This document shows positions 18,724 to 28,443 of a stretch of DNA of 64,000 bases, in pieces. The translations under genes were made by a program, and so were the position numbers. The stretch is from Candidatus Ozemobacteraceae bacterium (GTDB taxonomy: Bacteria; Muiribacteriota; Ozemobacteria; Ozemobacterales; Ozemobacteraceae): positions 512,001 through 576,000 of the forward strand of contig OZ223236.1 in the NCBI GenBank assembly GCA_965140445.1. Direction: 5' to 3'. Under the pieces are notes generated by a model. It saw nothing but the letters and a program-made list of their open reading frames with translations. It ran no database searches and was not told the origin of the DNA. Positions within the stretch are counted from its first letter, which is position 1. Every line of letters begins with the position of its first letter.

Positions 18724-20120
18724 TTCAATAGATCCTTTTTGCTAAACTCTTTATTCTCAAATCTTATCCAGGGTATCAATGACAGAATGAAAATTTCATC
18801 CTGCTTTGAATTTGCTTTGAAGCGTTTATCGTAGTCTATTTCGCACTTTAGCCCATTAGAATGAGCGAAAAGACGGTCTACACCAAGACAACCAAAAATT
18901 TTAAAATTTTGAACATAGCTTTTAATTCCGGAGTTCAAAGTTGAATTATCTCCAAACGCCAGTAAAGCAGCTTCTATTGTATCCGTGGTTTTTACGTTTA
19001 TAGTTCTTTTTCGGGTAAAAAATACACATAGATCTTTGTTTTTATCGTTCAACTCTATTCCTGAATTGATTGTAATTCCTTCAGGGACAAGTAAGCCGCC
19101 TTTGCCAAATACTTTAATTTTTCCGCCGTTGGCTGGTTTTTTTAGATTTAAATGATCTTTTTGTATATCAACTAGTCCTGGAAGTCTAAGCTCTCCAGTT
19201 TTTTGATTATAGATTCCACTTTTTTCAAATGCTTTTGCCCCATTGAATCTGGCGGCATAAAGGGTACAGTTTCTAAATGGTCTGAATCCAGAAGATCCTT
19301 TTTGAAATACATTTGATAGTTTGGAATTTTTAAAATTGTAGACATCAGGAGCTGTACTCAAATAGTTTCCCTGAGTGGTTATTTTTGTAGTGATACCGAT
19401 AAAGACGTCTCCTGCGTTATTGGTTAGTTTTATACTTTGATCAGGAACCGAGTATCTCAAGTTTGCTCCCGAAGTTCCTGACTCTGCTTTTCCATCCCTC
19501 ACAAAAAGGGTGTAAGCCAAAGGGAAACCCATAGAGTATTTATCTTTTTCATATGCTACCAGGCATACGCTTTTGTAATCATAGTTTCTTGTGTGACTAC
19601 AGCTGGCAAGAAAGCTTGAACCCCTGAAAAGGGATGATGTGACATTAATCTCTATCGAAGCCAGTCCTTCTCCCGGGTAATAGTTGTCTCCCTGGGCGTT
19701 TTTTGTTTCCTGGTCATAAATTTTGGCATTGATTCTAAATCTGAATCCATCAATTGAAACTTCTTTTGGAATAGCAACTTTTACAATTTCAAGTAATTCG
19801 CTATCTTTTTCCAGGTTTTTCATCTCTTTTATTCCGGCCGAAGTAACCGAGTCTTTTAAGAATTTAAAAATCTTGTGTTCTGGATCCTGGGATGCTGCTC
19901 GGAGATAAGCAAAAGTTGCATCATGAACTATTTTGTTCAGTGAAGCCAATCTTTCTTCATTTAACTTTGAAAAAGATGTGGAAGACAGCTGTCGTGAAAA
20001 TGAGAAGTAAATTGGCATCATCAGACCCATAATCAAAACTACTGCCAACACCATGTAAAGGGCCATACCTTTTCTAGGCGATACTTCTCTTCTATGTAAT
20101 TTATGCCGTGTTTCTAACAA
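18720..20120 (-). CDS. PilX/GspK-like large pilin
   Basis: RKG|MALYMVLAVV hydrophobic N-terminus lacking Glu5; overlaps the next pilin gene. Confidence 0.65.
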   Translation of the reverse strand: MLETRHKLHRREVSPRKGMALYMVLAVVLIMGLMMPIYFSFSRQLSSTSFSKLNEERLASLNKIVHDATFAYLRAASQDPEHKIFKFLKDSVTSAGIKEMKNLEKDSELLEIVKVAIPKEVSIDGFRFRINAKIYDQETKNAQGDNYYPGEGLASIEINVTSSLFRGSSFLASCSHTRNYDYKSVCLVAYEKDKYSMGFPLAYTLFVRDGKAESGTSGANLRYSVPDQSIKLTNNAGDVFIGITTKITTQGNYLSTAPDVYNFKNSKLSNVFQKGSSGFRPFRNCTLYAARFNGAKAFEKSGIYNQKTGELRLPGLVDIQKDHLNLKKPANGGKIKVFGKGGLLVPEGITINSGIELNDKNKDLCVFFTRKRTINVKTTDTIEAALLAFGDNSTLNSGIKSYVQNFKIFGCLGVDRLFAHSNGLKCEIDYDKRFKANSKQDEIFILSLIPWIRFENKEFSKKDLLK

Positions 20121-20143
20121 TTATTTTCTCCATTAAATTCTAA

Positions 20144-22531
20144 CTATTTACTCTTTGTTTTTTTGGTAATTCCCTTAACTTCTACAAAAATTTGCCCTTC
20201 TATGTTTCTTTTATAAGGCCTTCCGATCAGGGAAAGGTTGTCGCCAACCTTGAGGTTAAAGGAAGTTCCTGCTGGTGGCGAGATTATAAGTTGCTCTTCG
20301 GGAGTTGAAAGCGTTTTTACCAATGCGGCTTTTGTCTTAGGAAAGAGTTTTTCAACTTTCCCTTCATAGGTTGTTATTTTTGCCAGCACAGGTTTTAAGG
20401 CAACATCATTGGCACCTGGATCTGGAGTTTCTCTGAATAGCGCATAATAAAGAACGTTAAGTAATAAGAATAAACCCGCGAAAATCATGAGATTTCTGCG
20501 CCAGTTAAGCTTTTTGAGTTCGTCAATAGAGTCTGAGAGCGAGTCAGAAATAGAATCCCAGTTTAATGCGTCTTTCAGATCAGATAATTGCTGTTCCTGC
20601 TCATTTTTTTTATTGGATTCTTCTTGTTTTTTTTCTGCTTCGCTAGCTTTAACCTGAATAAAGAAGTCGATTTCTTCCTTTGTAGCCATGCCATTTTCTA
20701 TAAGAAAAGATGTTAGGTTTCTTTTGGCCTTTTCAAAAGCAGACAGATTTGTATAGTTAACTTTTCCTAAATGCTTAAGGTTATTTATGCTTTCTATCGT
20801 AGGATTAGCAAGGATTATTGATAAACCATCTTCTATCAGATCTGGTATTTCTTCTTTTTCCAGAAATTCAGTTAAAATTGGTGACAATGTGAAAAAGTCT
20901 ATGTGGATTGCGGCTTCCAGTCCATTTCTTCGAATATTAGGATCTGAACTTTCAAGCATGTGCTTTACCAAAAACTTCGCATAATCAGGGAACTCTTGTC
21001 CGGTGATTCGAATCAGACAGACTCTTACAAGCTGAGTTTCAGTATTCACAAATTTCTGCATTAATATCTGAAATTCATCTTTGTCAAAGACTGCCAGATA
21101 TTCTAGTGATGCGACTAAAAGCTTTTCATTTTTCGTTTTCAGAGATGACTTTGCAAATTGAACATAGTCTGAAATCTTTAACACGAGTGCTGCTTTTAAT
21201 GCAGCTGCAAGAAGATTTTCTGAGACGTTAGAGTTCATTTCTAAAACTTTTTTTACTTTATCTGAAGCTCCTGAACTTTTTTTGAAACGGGCGCGAGTAA
21301 ACTCTTTTATCAAAGAGGCTTCGTTGTTCAAATCAGCTTGCGGAGCTGGTGTTTGGCTTTCCTCCTTGCTGGCTGCATCTCCGCTTAAAAGAGCTTCAAG
21401 TTTTTGCTTGAGTTCTGGGTTTTTAACTTTTTCAATAGATTCGGAGATTGCATCCTTTACAAAATTGTTTTTTAGCTGTGCATGCAATTGTTTTAAGAGT
21501 TCAACCCTGATTTCATCATCTTCCTGGCTGTAACTTAACAGAATATTATTGACGAATTGCCGGGCACTAAGAATTTTGGGGTAATCCTGTAAATATGTGA
21601 TAAACGCTTTATAGTTCTCGCAAATTCCTGAAATTTCAATTGCTTTGCAATACTGAGGAATGAATTTTTTTAACTGCTCGGCTTTTTCTTTAGTGGTCTT
21701 TGGGATCATTGCCACCAGTCTGAAAGGAACTTCTTTGTCCGGGTTTGCCAGCAAAATAGTGCAAACCAGCTCAAAAATTTTCATTTCAGGATCATTGTAC
21801 ATAAGCAGCAGCAAGCTGTTTTTTATAAGAGAAAAGTCCAGAGTAGAACAAATTTTTAAAGCAGTAACTTTGTTGTAGTAATCACCTTTTTCAAAACATG
21901 CTTTTATAAAATCGGCGGCAAGCTGAGGGAAATGCTTGGCCATTCCTCTAATTGAAAGAGATCTTATTACCGGGTCATTTATAAAAACGAGTTTTGGAAG
22001 TTTGGCTTTAAGTATCGCAGGGAAATTCTTTACAAGTGTTTCTATACAAGCTATTTGTAGACTCTTGGCACTCGAAAATGCATTTTTTTCAAGAAATTCC
22101 ACCTGTGCCTCTGGCCAGTATTTTCTAAACTTTTTCACTATTTCAGCAGTTACAACATCATCTTTAGATGATTCAAGCAAAGCCGGTAGAACTGCATTCA
22201 TATCCAGATTGCGTAACTGGGTAACCTTTATGGAGTTTATTTGTGCTAACTGAATCTTTGCATCAACGTTTTTAAAAGCTTCCTGTAGATTTTCAATATT
22301 GGCTGTAGTTTCTTTTTTTTGCAGTTTATCTGAAAGTTTTGAAACAGCATGCTCCAATAAAAGCCTGCATTCTGGATCTTTTTCCTGTGGCAAAACCTCT
22401 TGCAGACAATCCAGAAGTTCCTGAGTAAAACCGGTTCTTAGAGCATTTTCAATTGCAAAAATTCTAATCGATTTTATTGGAGCAGATAATTCTATTTTTA
22501 ATTCTTCAATGTTCTGCAAAGTTTTCCCCAA
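20144..22531 (-). CDS. HEAT/ARM-repeat protein with C-terminal TM and small beta domain
   Basis: Helical repeats (DPVIRSLSI, DPNIRRNGL), TM LMIFAGLFLLLNVLYYALF. Confidence 0.6.
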   Translation of the reverse strand: MGKTLQNIEELKIELSAPIKSIRIFAIENALRTGFTQELLDCLQEVLPQEKDPECRLLLEHAVSKLSDKLQKKETTANIENLQEAFKNVDAKIQLAQINSIKVTQLRNLDMNAVLPALLESSKDDVVTAEIVKKFRKYWPEAQVEFLEKNAFSSAKSLQIACIETLVKNFPAILKAKLPKLVFINDPVIRSLSIRGMAKHFPQLAADFIKACFEKGDYYNKVTALKICSTLDFSLIKNSLLLLMYNDPEMKIFELVCTILLANPDKEVPFRLVAMIPKTTKEKAEQLKKFIPQYCKAIEISGICENYKAFITYLQDYPKILSARQFVNNILLSYSQEDDEIRVELLKQLHAQLKNNFVKDAISESIEKVKNPELKQKLEALLSGDAASKEESQTPAPQADLNNEASLIKEFTRARFKKSSGASDKVKKVLEMNSNVSENLLAAALKAALVLKISDYVQFAKSSLKTKNEKLLVASLEYLAVFDKDEFQILMQKFVNTETQLVRVCLIRITGQEFPDYAKFLVKHMLESSDPNIRRNGLEAAIHIDFFTLSPILTEFLEKEEIPDLIEDGLSIILANPTIESINNLKHLGKVNYTNLSAFEKAKRNLTSFLIENGMATKEEIDFFIQVKASEAEKKQEESNKKNEQEQQLSDLKDALNWDSISDSLSDSIDELKKLNWRRNLMIFAGLFLLLNVLYYALFRETPDPGANDVALKPVLAKITTYEGKVEKLFPKTKAALVKTLSTPEEQLIISPPAGTSFNLKVGDNLSLIGRPYKRNIEGQIFVEVKGITKKTKSK

Positions 22532-22616
22532 AAAGGCTAAGTTTTTAATAACAGTATGGCCTTATTTTTAATTAAAACAAACGGCTCTAGCAAGCTTTTT
22601 TTAAAAAAATAAAAGT

Positions 22617-22643
22617 TGTTACTTTTAAAAAATAAATTTCGTA
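22617..22643 (+). promoter_or_regulatory. Putative ECF sigma promoter, copy 1 (pilin operon)
   Basis: TGTTACTT-N14-TCGTA. Confidence 0.7.
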
Positions 22644-22739
22644 AGCATCGGTTTTAGAATGACAAACTTTGTTTTGTAAAAGAATTTTACTCTGACAAAA
22701 GGCGGGTTATTCATTAGAATTAAGATATACAGGGTTAGA

Positions 22740-24002
22740 ATGTACGTAAAAAGAGAAAATAGCGTGAATAAAATTTTTAATAGGGTTGGACGGCCTGGTT
22801 CCGGATATGTTTTTCCGTTGATTCTCCTTGCCACGCTTGCTGTTGGTCTATTTATAGTCACTGTGGGGCAGCTTTCTGTATCCCACAAAAAACAGTTTAA
22901 CCATTTAAACCAATACCAGCATTCATTCAATATAGCTTACTCTGCTTTGGTTGAACTGCTGGCTGATGTAAAGAAAACTAAGTGGGCTAATAGAAAATTT
23001 AAAGCCAAACCGGTTGGCTATTCAAAAGATTTGTATGGGGGATCTTTTAATTTGCTTGCTGAGGATTACCCCAGTAAAGATTTTTATTTTAATGTGAAAA
23101 TTCGTGTTGTTTACCATGGCAAAACTAATTTGTTTTATTGGCGAATGAAGTATGAACCCAACATGTTAGATTTTAATTCCCTCGTTATACCTGTTTACTT
23201 TGCTCAATTTGATGATTCGACAGCTCCTGGTTATTTGGACGGATTGGACAAGGTTGTTGATGAAGACTTAAAAGTCAGAGATGATAATGCATCGAAGGCA
23301 AAAAAAATTGTTATAGCACTTAACGATAAGATCTCTCCCAAAGAAATTCTTCAAACCCTTGGTGCTCTGCCTAAGGGGTCGACTGTATCTGTTGTGGGCG
23401 GAGATGACACAAGGCCTCCTGAACTTGTTATTGTAATTAATTCAGGAGGGAATAATCCCAAGAAACTTACAGATATAATCGACGAAACAGAGGGTGCTGA
23501 CACCCCATCGCTAGGAGATGTAATTACTTCTTTACCTTTGACTGACATTTATCCTGGACCAATCAATGTAAATGTTGGTCTTTCGCGAAAAGAAATTGTA
23601 GTTTACTTCACCAGACTTCTTAAGTTGCCTGAAGTTTCAAGTGAGAGTGCAATTTCAGCTTTCGGAGATATTAATTCTGATTCCATTTTCAACAGAGCTC
23701 TTAGCGCAGCTTATGATAATGGGTTAGTGAAAGGATACACTAATGGAAATTTTGGACCAGATGATAAGATTCTAAGAGGCCACATGGCATTTTTGTTAAT
23801 CCAGGTAAAAGACTATACCGTTAATAGGATTTCTACCCCGGGAATTGCTGTAGAAGAAAAAAATAGACTAACCAAGATTAAAAGTTTTGCAGCCAAAAAA
23901 ATCCCAGAATATGCAGACATAAATCCTACTGTTGCCATGACCGTTGGAGATGGGTTAGGTGCTTTAACCGGTTTGCTTGATGATATAAACTCTGGAAACT
24001 GA
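22740..24002 (+). CDS. PilX-like protein with SLH domain
   Basis: SG|YVFPLILLA pilin-like N-terminus; FGDI...AYDNGLVKGYTNGNFGPDDKILRGHMA is an S-layer homology motif. Confidence 0.65.
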   Translation: MYVKRENSVNKIFNRVGRPGSGYVFPLILLATLAVGLFIVTVGQLSVSHKKQFNHLNQYQHSFNIAYSALVELLADVKKTKWANRKFKAKPVGYSKDLYGGSFNLLAEDYPSKDFYFNVKIRVVYHGKTNLFYWRMKYEPNMLDFNSLVIPVYFAQFDDSTAPGYLDGLDKVVDEDLKVRDDNASKAKKIVIALNDKISPKEILQTLGALPKGSTVSVVGGDDTRPPELVIVINSGGNNPKKLTDIIDETEGADTPSLGDVITSLPLTDIYPGPINVNVGLSRKEIVVYFTRLLKLPEVSSESAISAFGDINSDSIFNRALSAAYDNGLVKGYTNGNFGPDDKILRGHMAFLLIQVKDYTVNRISTPGIAVEEKNRLTKIKSFAAKKIPEYADINPTVAMTVGDGLGALTGLLDDINSGN

Positions 24003-24553
24003 TGAAGAAAAATAATAAAAATCAAGGGTTCACTCTCGTAGAAACTGTCGTTGTAGTTGGAATTTTGAGCATTTTAGGCACTTTGATTATGCAATTTTTC
24101 ATTCAGGCAAGCAAAACTCAACCAAAGGTTACAGCTAATTTGCAGCTTCAATCTACAATCCTTACTGGCATGAATAAGCTTCTTAGGTCTGTTAGAGAAG
24201 GAATTCACTTTGTCACACCACGTTTGAACGAAGACTCACCAATTATTGTATTTCTTGATAAAAAAAAGAATTTTCAAACCATTTATGCAATTGAGGATGA
24301 GGAATATACTAAGCATTTTAAAAAGAAACTATTCAAGCTTGTCAGGTATGAAACAGAGACAGAACCATTTAGCCTTACGAGTCCGAGTCATGACCCAGAT
24401 AAAGTTAAACTTATTTGCAGAAACGTTGTTTCGTCTTCTTTCAGGCTTTCCAGCACTTATTCTGTAACAGCAAAAGTAAAATTTGCTAATGATTCTCAAG
24501 AATTTGAAATTGTTTCAGAAGCAAGCCTTATGAACGCTGAGGATGATAGCTAA
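24002..24553 (+). CDS. Prepilin-type protein (PilW/GspJ-like)
   Basis: NQG|FTLVETV. Confidence 0.82.
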   Translation: MKKNNKNQGFTLVETVVVVGILSILGTLIMQFFIQASKTQPKVTANLQLQSTILTGMNKLLRSVREGIHFVTPRLNEDSPIIVFLDKKKNFQTIYAIEDEEYTKHFKKKLFKLVRYETETEPFSLTSPSHDPDKVKLICRNVVSSSFRLSSTYSVTAKVKFANDSQEFEIVSEASLMNAEDDS

Positions 24554-25845
24554 TGAAGAATTCAAAAAATGGAATGTCGCTCTTGGAGGTTATGATTGGG
24601 CTATTTTTAATTAGTTCAACCTCATTGATTTTTTTGAAGGCTATAAATTTATTTAAAACAGAATCGGCTTTTTACTCGGAGCACTTTTTAGCTACAAGCT
24701 TAAATGAAAAGGTATTAGAAACTTGCTTTCAGGAGACAGAACTGAATCCTTATGGATGCCAAACTCTTGGACTTGTTGACGCAAGTGGAAAACCTTTTGA
24801 ATTTGAAACTATGGTAACAGATGGGCAAACTAATTTTTTCAGATATCCAGACATTTCATCAAAAGAGACTCCGGTTCTTTATAAAAAGTTAAAAGATAAT
24901 TTTAAAATGAATATAAAATGCTCAAAGGATGATGGCAGCTTTTTTGAGGTCGAGTCTGGCTTTTCATGGTCTGCAAAAACAGGCAAAGGGGGAACCTCTT
25001 CTGTTTGTCGTTTTTTAACTTTCGATGGCGAAAAAGATGTCGAAACAACATATTCAATGACAGATGCTGATGTTGAAAAAAGATTGGTTGTAGACGTTTT
25101 CTATAAGTCTGATACTACTTCGCTTAACAGCTTGGTTTCAAGTATTGGGGCTCAAGAGTTGGTAATGAATATGGGACATATTTATTACCCTTGTTTTGAT
25201 TTATTCTCTGCCGATGAGTTTTATGAAAGATGCCAAAAATTAGAATCTATGGAAGCTCAGTCTTATGACCCAGCAGCTTCTGTTTACGCCAAGTGTTCGG
25301 AAGGATATTTTGAAATTGCAAAAGATATGTTGCATTTACTTATGTATTTAAGAACTAAATTAGAAGTGGTAAAGGAAAAGCAGAGTTTTTTGCCAACAAT
25401 AAATACTCAAGATCTTTCAAATGTTCAGGGATATCTTATAAAATCAATGAAATTCACCAAACAGATTGAGTATCTTTTTGCTGCAAGTGTTTCAAGGTTA
25501 GCAATAAGATACGAGAAGCAGTTTGATTCTGAGCTATTTTTTAGAGATAAGAAAAAACTTCTTCAAAGGATTTTCAACTTTTACAGGATTCTTTACGCTG
25601 TTAGATCACAAATCGATCCCCTTACTGAACCAACTCTTACAAAAACCGCAATTGAAAATAGAATTCAAAAGTTTCTTAAAAAAGTAGAAAAAGATTTTGA
25701 AAAAAGTGTCCCAGCTTTTTCAAGACTGGCTCGCCAGGAAATAGAGTTTTTCAAGAATAAAACGCTTGCTTCCAAATATTTTATCCCAAGGACGATTGAA
25801 ACATTGTTTAAAGATGTGAACGAGTTATCAATTCTCACTTTTTAA
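24553..25845 (+). CDS. Prepilin-type protein with long helical C-terminal extension
   Basis: KNG|MSLLEVM. Confidence 0.75.
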   Translation: MKNSKNGMSLLEVMIGLFLISSTSLIFLKAINLFKTESAFYSEHFLATSLNEKVLETCFQETELNPYGCQTLGLVDASGKPFEFETMVTDGQTNFFRYPDISSKETPVLYKKLKDNFKMNIKCSKDDGSFFEVESGFSWSAKTGKGGTSSVCRFLTFDGEKDVETTYSMTDADVEKRLVVDVFYKSDTTSLNSLVSSIGAQELVMNMGHIYYPCFDLFSADEFYERCQKLESMEAQSYDPAASVYAKCSEGYFEIAKDMLHLLMYLRTKLEVVKEKQSFLPTINTQDLSNVQGYLIKSMKFTKQIEYLFAASVSRLAIRYEKQFDSELFFRDKKKLLQRIFNFYRILYAVRSQIDPLTEPTLTKTAIENRIQKFLKKVEKDFEKSVPAFSRLARQEIEFFKNKTLASKYFIPRTIETLFKDVNELSILTF

Positions 25846-25846
25846 A

Positions 25847-27754
25847 ATGACACTATTTAAACGCATAAAAATTGAAGTAAAAAACTTTAATCTGCTTTTT
25901 CCTAAGAAGGATAAAGCTATTATTCTATCTGTAATTTTTCTGGTTTCCCTGCTTCTTATTCTTTACTCACCTTTAACAGATAGGTTTGAGCGAAAAGCTC
26001 TTGATTGGAAGTGCGAGCTAAACACCAGTTGGATCAATACTGAAGTCGTCACTGATACAATAATTCTTGCAATAGATAGCGAAACGCTTAGAAATGCTCC
26101 CTATAAATGGCCATGGCCCCAGGATTATTGGGCTAAGATTATTGCCAGTGTTTCCACAAATCTTGAACCTGAGATGCTTCTTTTGGATATTTATTTTCAG
26201 GAAAGAGGCAGTGAAAAAGAAAGCTCTGCGGCTTTTGCGCAAGCCATTAAGAAAAGCGGCCAGGTTGGATTGGTTGCTGTATTTGAGGAGCACTTTTCCT
26301 CAAAAGGCCAACAAGTTAAGTTTTTTCCACCCATCAAGGACTTGAAAAATGCTGCTAAATTTTGGGGAATGTCGCAGTTTCCGATTGATTCAGATGGAGT
26401 TATAAGAAGTTTCCTTCTTTTTGACTTTAGATTAGAAAAACTACATGTGGCCTGGGAGGCTTGCAAAAAACTCAAAAACTTTAATGTCAGCGATGACATT
26501 TTTGACTCCATGAAAAGCGCAAGAGCAATATTGAATTTTAAGTCTGATGAAAGAAGAATCCCCAGGGTTTCATTGCAGAAGGTGCTCAGAGCTGATTTCA
26601 ACTATCCAAGGCTGAAGGGACGAAACGTTATTATCGGTGCAACCGCTCCAATTTTGCACGACTACCATCAAACGCCAGTTGGAATAATCAATGGCCCGGA
26701 ACTTGTTGGAAACTCAATAGACACTCTTAAAAATGGAAGAATTCAGTTTATTGAAACTTCCTGGACAAACAGGGCTTTTCACTTCCTGCTTGGAGTGATT
26801 TTAGCTTTCATCCCGTTTCTGGATTGCTTCAAAAGAATCTGGATTCCCGTTGTTGTCGGTATGATTTTTCTACCTCTTTTCCTCATTTTTTACTCGTTCT
26901 ATCCATTAATTCACCCTCCGATAGCCATAACCTATATTGCCTTTTTCATTTTCAGCTGGCTTTTGCTTATTGTTATAAGATTAAACGAGCTTAATAGAAT
27001 TCAGCAGAGCCTTCACGAAGCGGAGATTTGTGGAAACATCCAGCAGAAGTTCTTTCCCACAAAGATCTTGAGTGTTGAGCCTGGATTTTCTGCTGCAGGA
27101 AGATGTATCCCTTATCAGAACGCTGGTGGAGACTATTACGACTATTTCAAGAATAAGCAGGGAAACGTTTTCTTTTTCCTTGGAGACGTAGCTGGGCATG
27201 GGATTTCAGCTAGTATGCTTACAACTGCTGCAAAGTCAGTAGTTTTAATTAACTCTGCAAAGGAATCGTTTGAGGTTCCAGATTTATTCCTGGACATCAA
27301 TTCAGCTATTTTAAATCTGACCAAGAGAAGGTTGCTATCGGCAGTTAGCGGTATTGTAGACTTCACAGAGCAAAAGATAATTCTCTATTCTGCGGGGCAT
27401 CTACCAGCTGTTTTAAAAACACCGGATGGGGTTACTGAATATCCTATAGCAGGTTTACCGTTAGGAGTTTCCAAGCGATTTAAGCTGCAGGAGTTCAAGG
27501 AACTCCCAATTCCAGAATGTGGAAAGTTATTTGTTTATTCTGATGGCATCGTGGAAGCAGTGAATTGGGAAAATGAACAGATTGGATTTGACAAGTTCTA
27601 TGAGATGATTGAAAAAATGCCCATGGAACTTTCAGTTGAAGAGTCTTTGGACTATTTGTATCAGCAGTTGGATCTTCATGTTGAAGGCCGAGCTTATGAA
27701 GATGACGTTACATTTTTAATATTGTCTTTTGACAAAAGAGAGGTTTCAGAGTGA
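25847..27754 (+). CDS. CHASE2-domain PP2C (SpoIIE/RsbU-type) phosphatase
   Basis: AID...WPWP, DSDGVIR, TPVG..GPE, 3 TMs, GGDYYD, GDVAGHG, SAGH, YSDGIVEA, EDDVT. Confidence 0.9.
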   Translation: MTLFKRIKIEVKNFNLLFPKKDKAIILSVIFLVSLLLILYSPLTDRFERKALDWKCELNTSWINTEVVTDTIILAIDSETLRNAPYKWPWPQDYWAKIIASVSTNLEPEMLLLDIYFQERGSEKESSAAFAQAIKKSGQVGLVAVFEEHFSSKGQQVKFFPPIKDLKNAAKFWGMSQFPIDSDGVIRSFLLFDFRLEKLHVAWEACKKLKNFNVSDDIFDSMKSARAILNFKSDERRIPRVSLQKVLRADFNYPRLKGRNVIIGATAPILHDYHQTPVGIINGPELVGNSIDTLKNGRIQFIETSWTNRAFHFLLGVILAFIPFLDCFKRIWIPVVVGMIFLPLFLIFYSFYPLIHPPIAITYIAFFIFSWLLLIVIRLNELNRIQQSLHEAEICGNIQQKFFPTKILSVEPGFSAAGRCIPYQNAGGDYYDYFKNKQGNVFFFLGDVAGHGISASMLTTAAKSVVLINSAKESFEVPDLFLDINSAILNLTKRRLLSAVSGIVDFTEQKIILYSAGHLPAVLKTPDGVTEYPIAGLPLGVSKRFKLQEFKELPIPECGKLFVYSDGIVEAVNWENEQIGFDKFYEMIEKMPMELSVEESLDYLYQQLDLHVEGRAYEDDVTFLILSFDKREVSE

Positions 27755-28359
27755 AAAAAACTACAACATTAATGTTTGCCGGAATGCTTTTCCTTTTCTC
27801 CATGGGATGTGGTTCTTCAAGTGAGCCTGTAGCTGTTTTGAAAGAAACTAAAGGGGAAGTAAGCTTTACCGAGAAAGCATCGAATAGATTTGTTAAGGCA
27901 GAAACCGGTAAGAATATTTTTGATGGCGGAGCGGTGAAAACAACTTCTGAAGCTTCAGTCGAGCTTGAATTTATCAAAGACAAAACCAACGTAAAGGTTG
28001 GTGAGAATACATATTTTGAAGTAAAAAACTTTTCAAAGAAAGAATTGAAACAGATGGGTGGAGTTGCTATTTACAATATTTCACCTCAGGATAAGGAACT
28101 GACTGTAGAAACCCCAAATGGAATGGCGACTGTTTTAGGAACAGTTTTTAGAATTGATGTCGCTGCCACCTATACACAGCTTATTGTTGAACGTGGAAAA
28201 GTTCAATTTGCTAAAGGCGACAAAAAGGTTGTTGTAGAAGCAGGAAAATACTATTCAACTGCTCAAAAAGGTGATCCAAAAGCCGAAGTTTTTGATCCTT
28301 TTGAGCTTGAAAAGCTTTTCTCAGGAACTAGTTTAAAGCAGGGATACAATTTAAGATAA
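27751..28359 (+). CDS. FecR-domain lipoprotein
   Basis: Lipobox SMGC; VETPNGMATVLGTVF, VERGKV. Confidence 0.8.
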   Translation: MKKTTTLMFAGMLFLFSMGCGSSSEPVAVLKETKGEVSFTEKASNRFVKAETGKNIFDGGAVKTTSEASVELEFIKDKTNVKVGENTYFEVKNFSKKELKQMGGVAIYNISPQDKELTVETPNGMATVLGTVFRIDVAATYTQLIVERGKVQFAKGDKKVVVEAGKYYSTAQKGDPKAEVFDPFELEKLFSGTSLKQGYNLR

Positions 28360-28372
28360 TTGTTTTTTAAGT

Positions 28373-28399
28373 TGTTACTTAGAAAAAAAAAATCTCGTA
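28373..28399 (+). promoter_or_regulatory. Putative ECF sigma promoter, copy 2
   Basis: TGTTACTT-N14-TCGTA(AGTAA). Confidence 0.72.
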
Positions 28400-28443
28400 A
28401 GTAATTCCAGAAAGTGAAATACCAATATCCCATGGAGGGTAAG

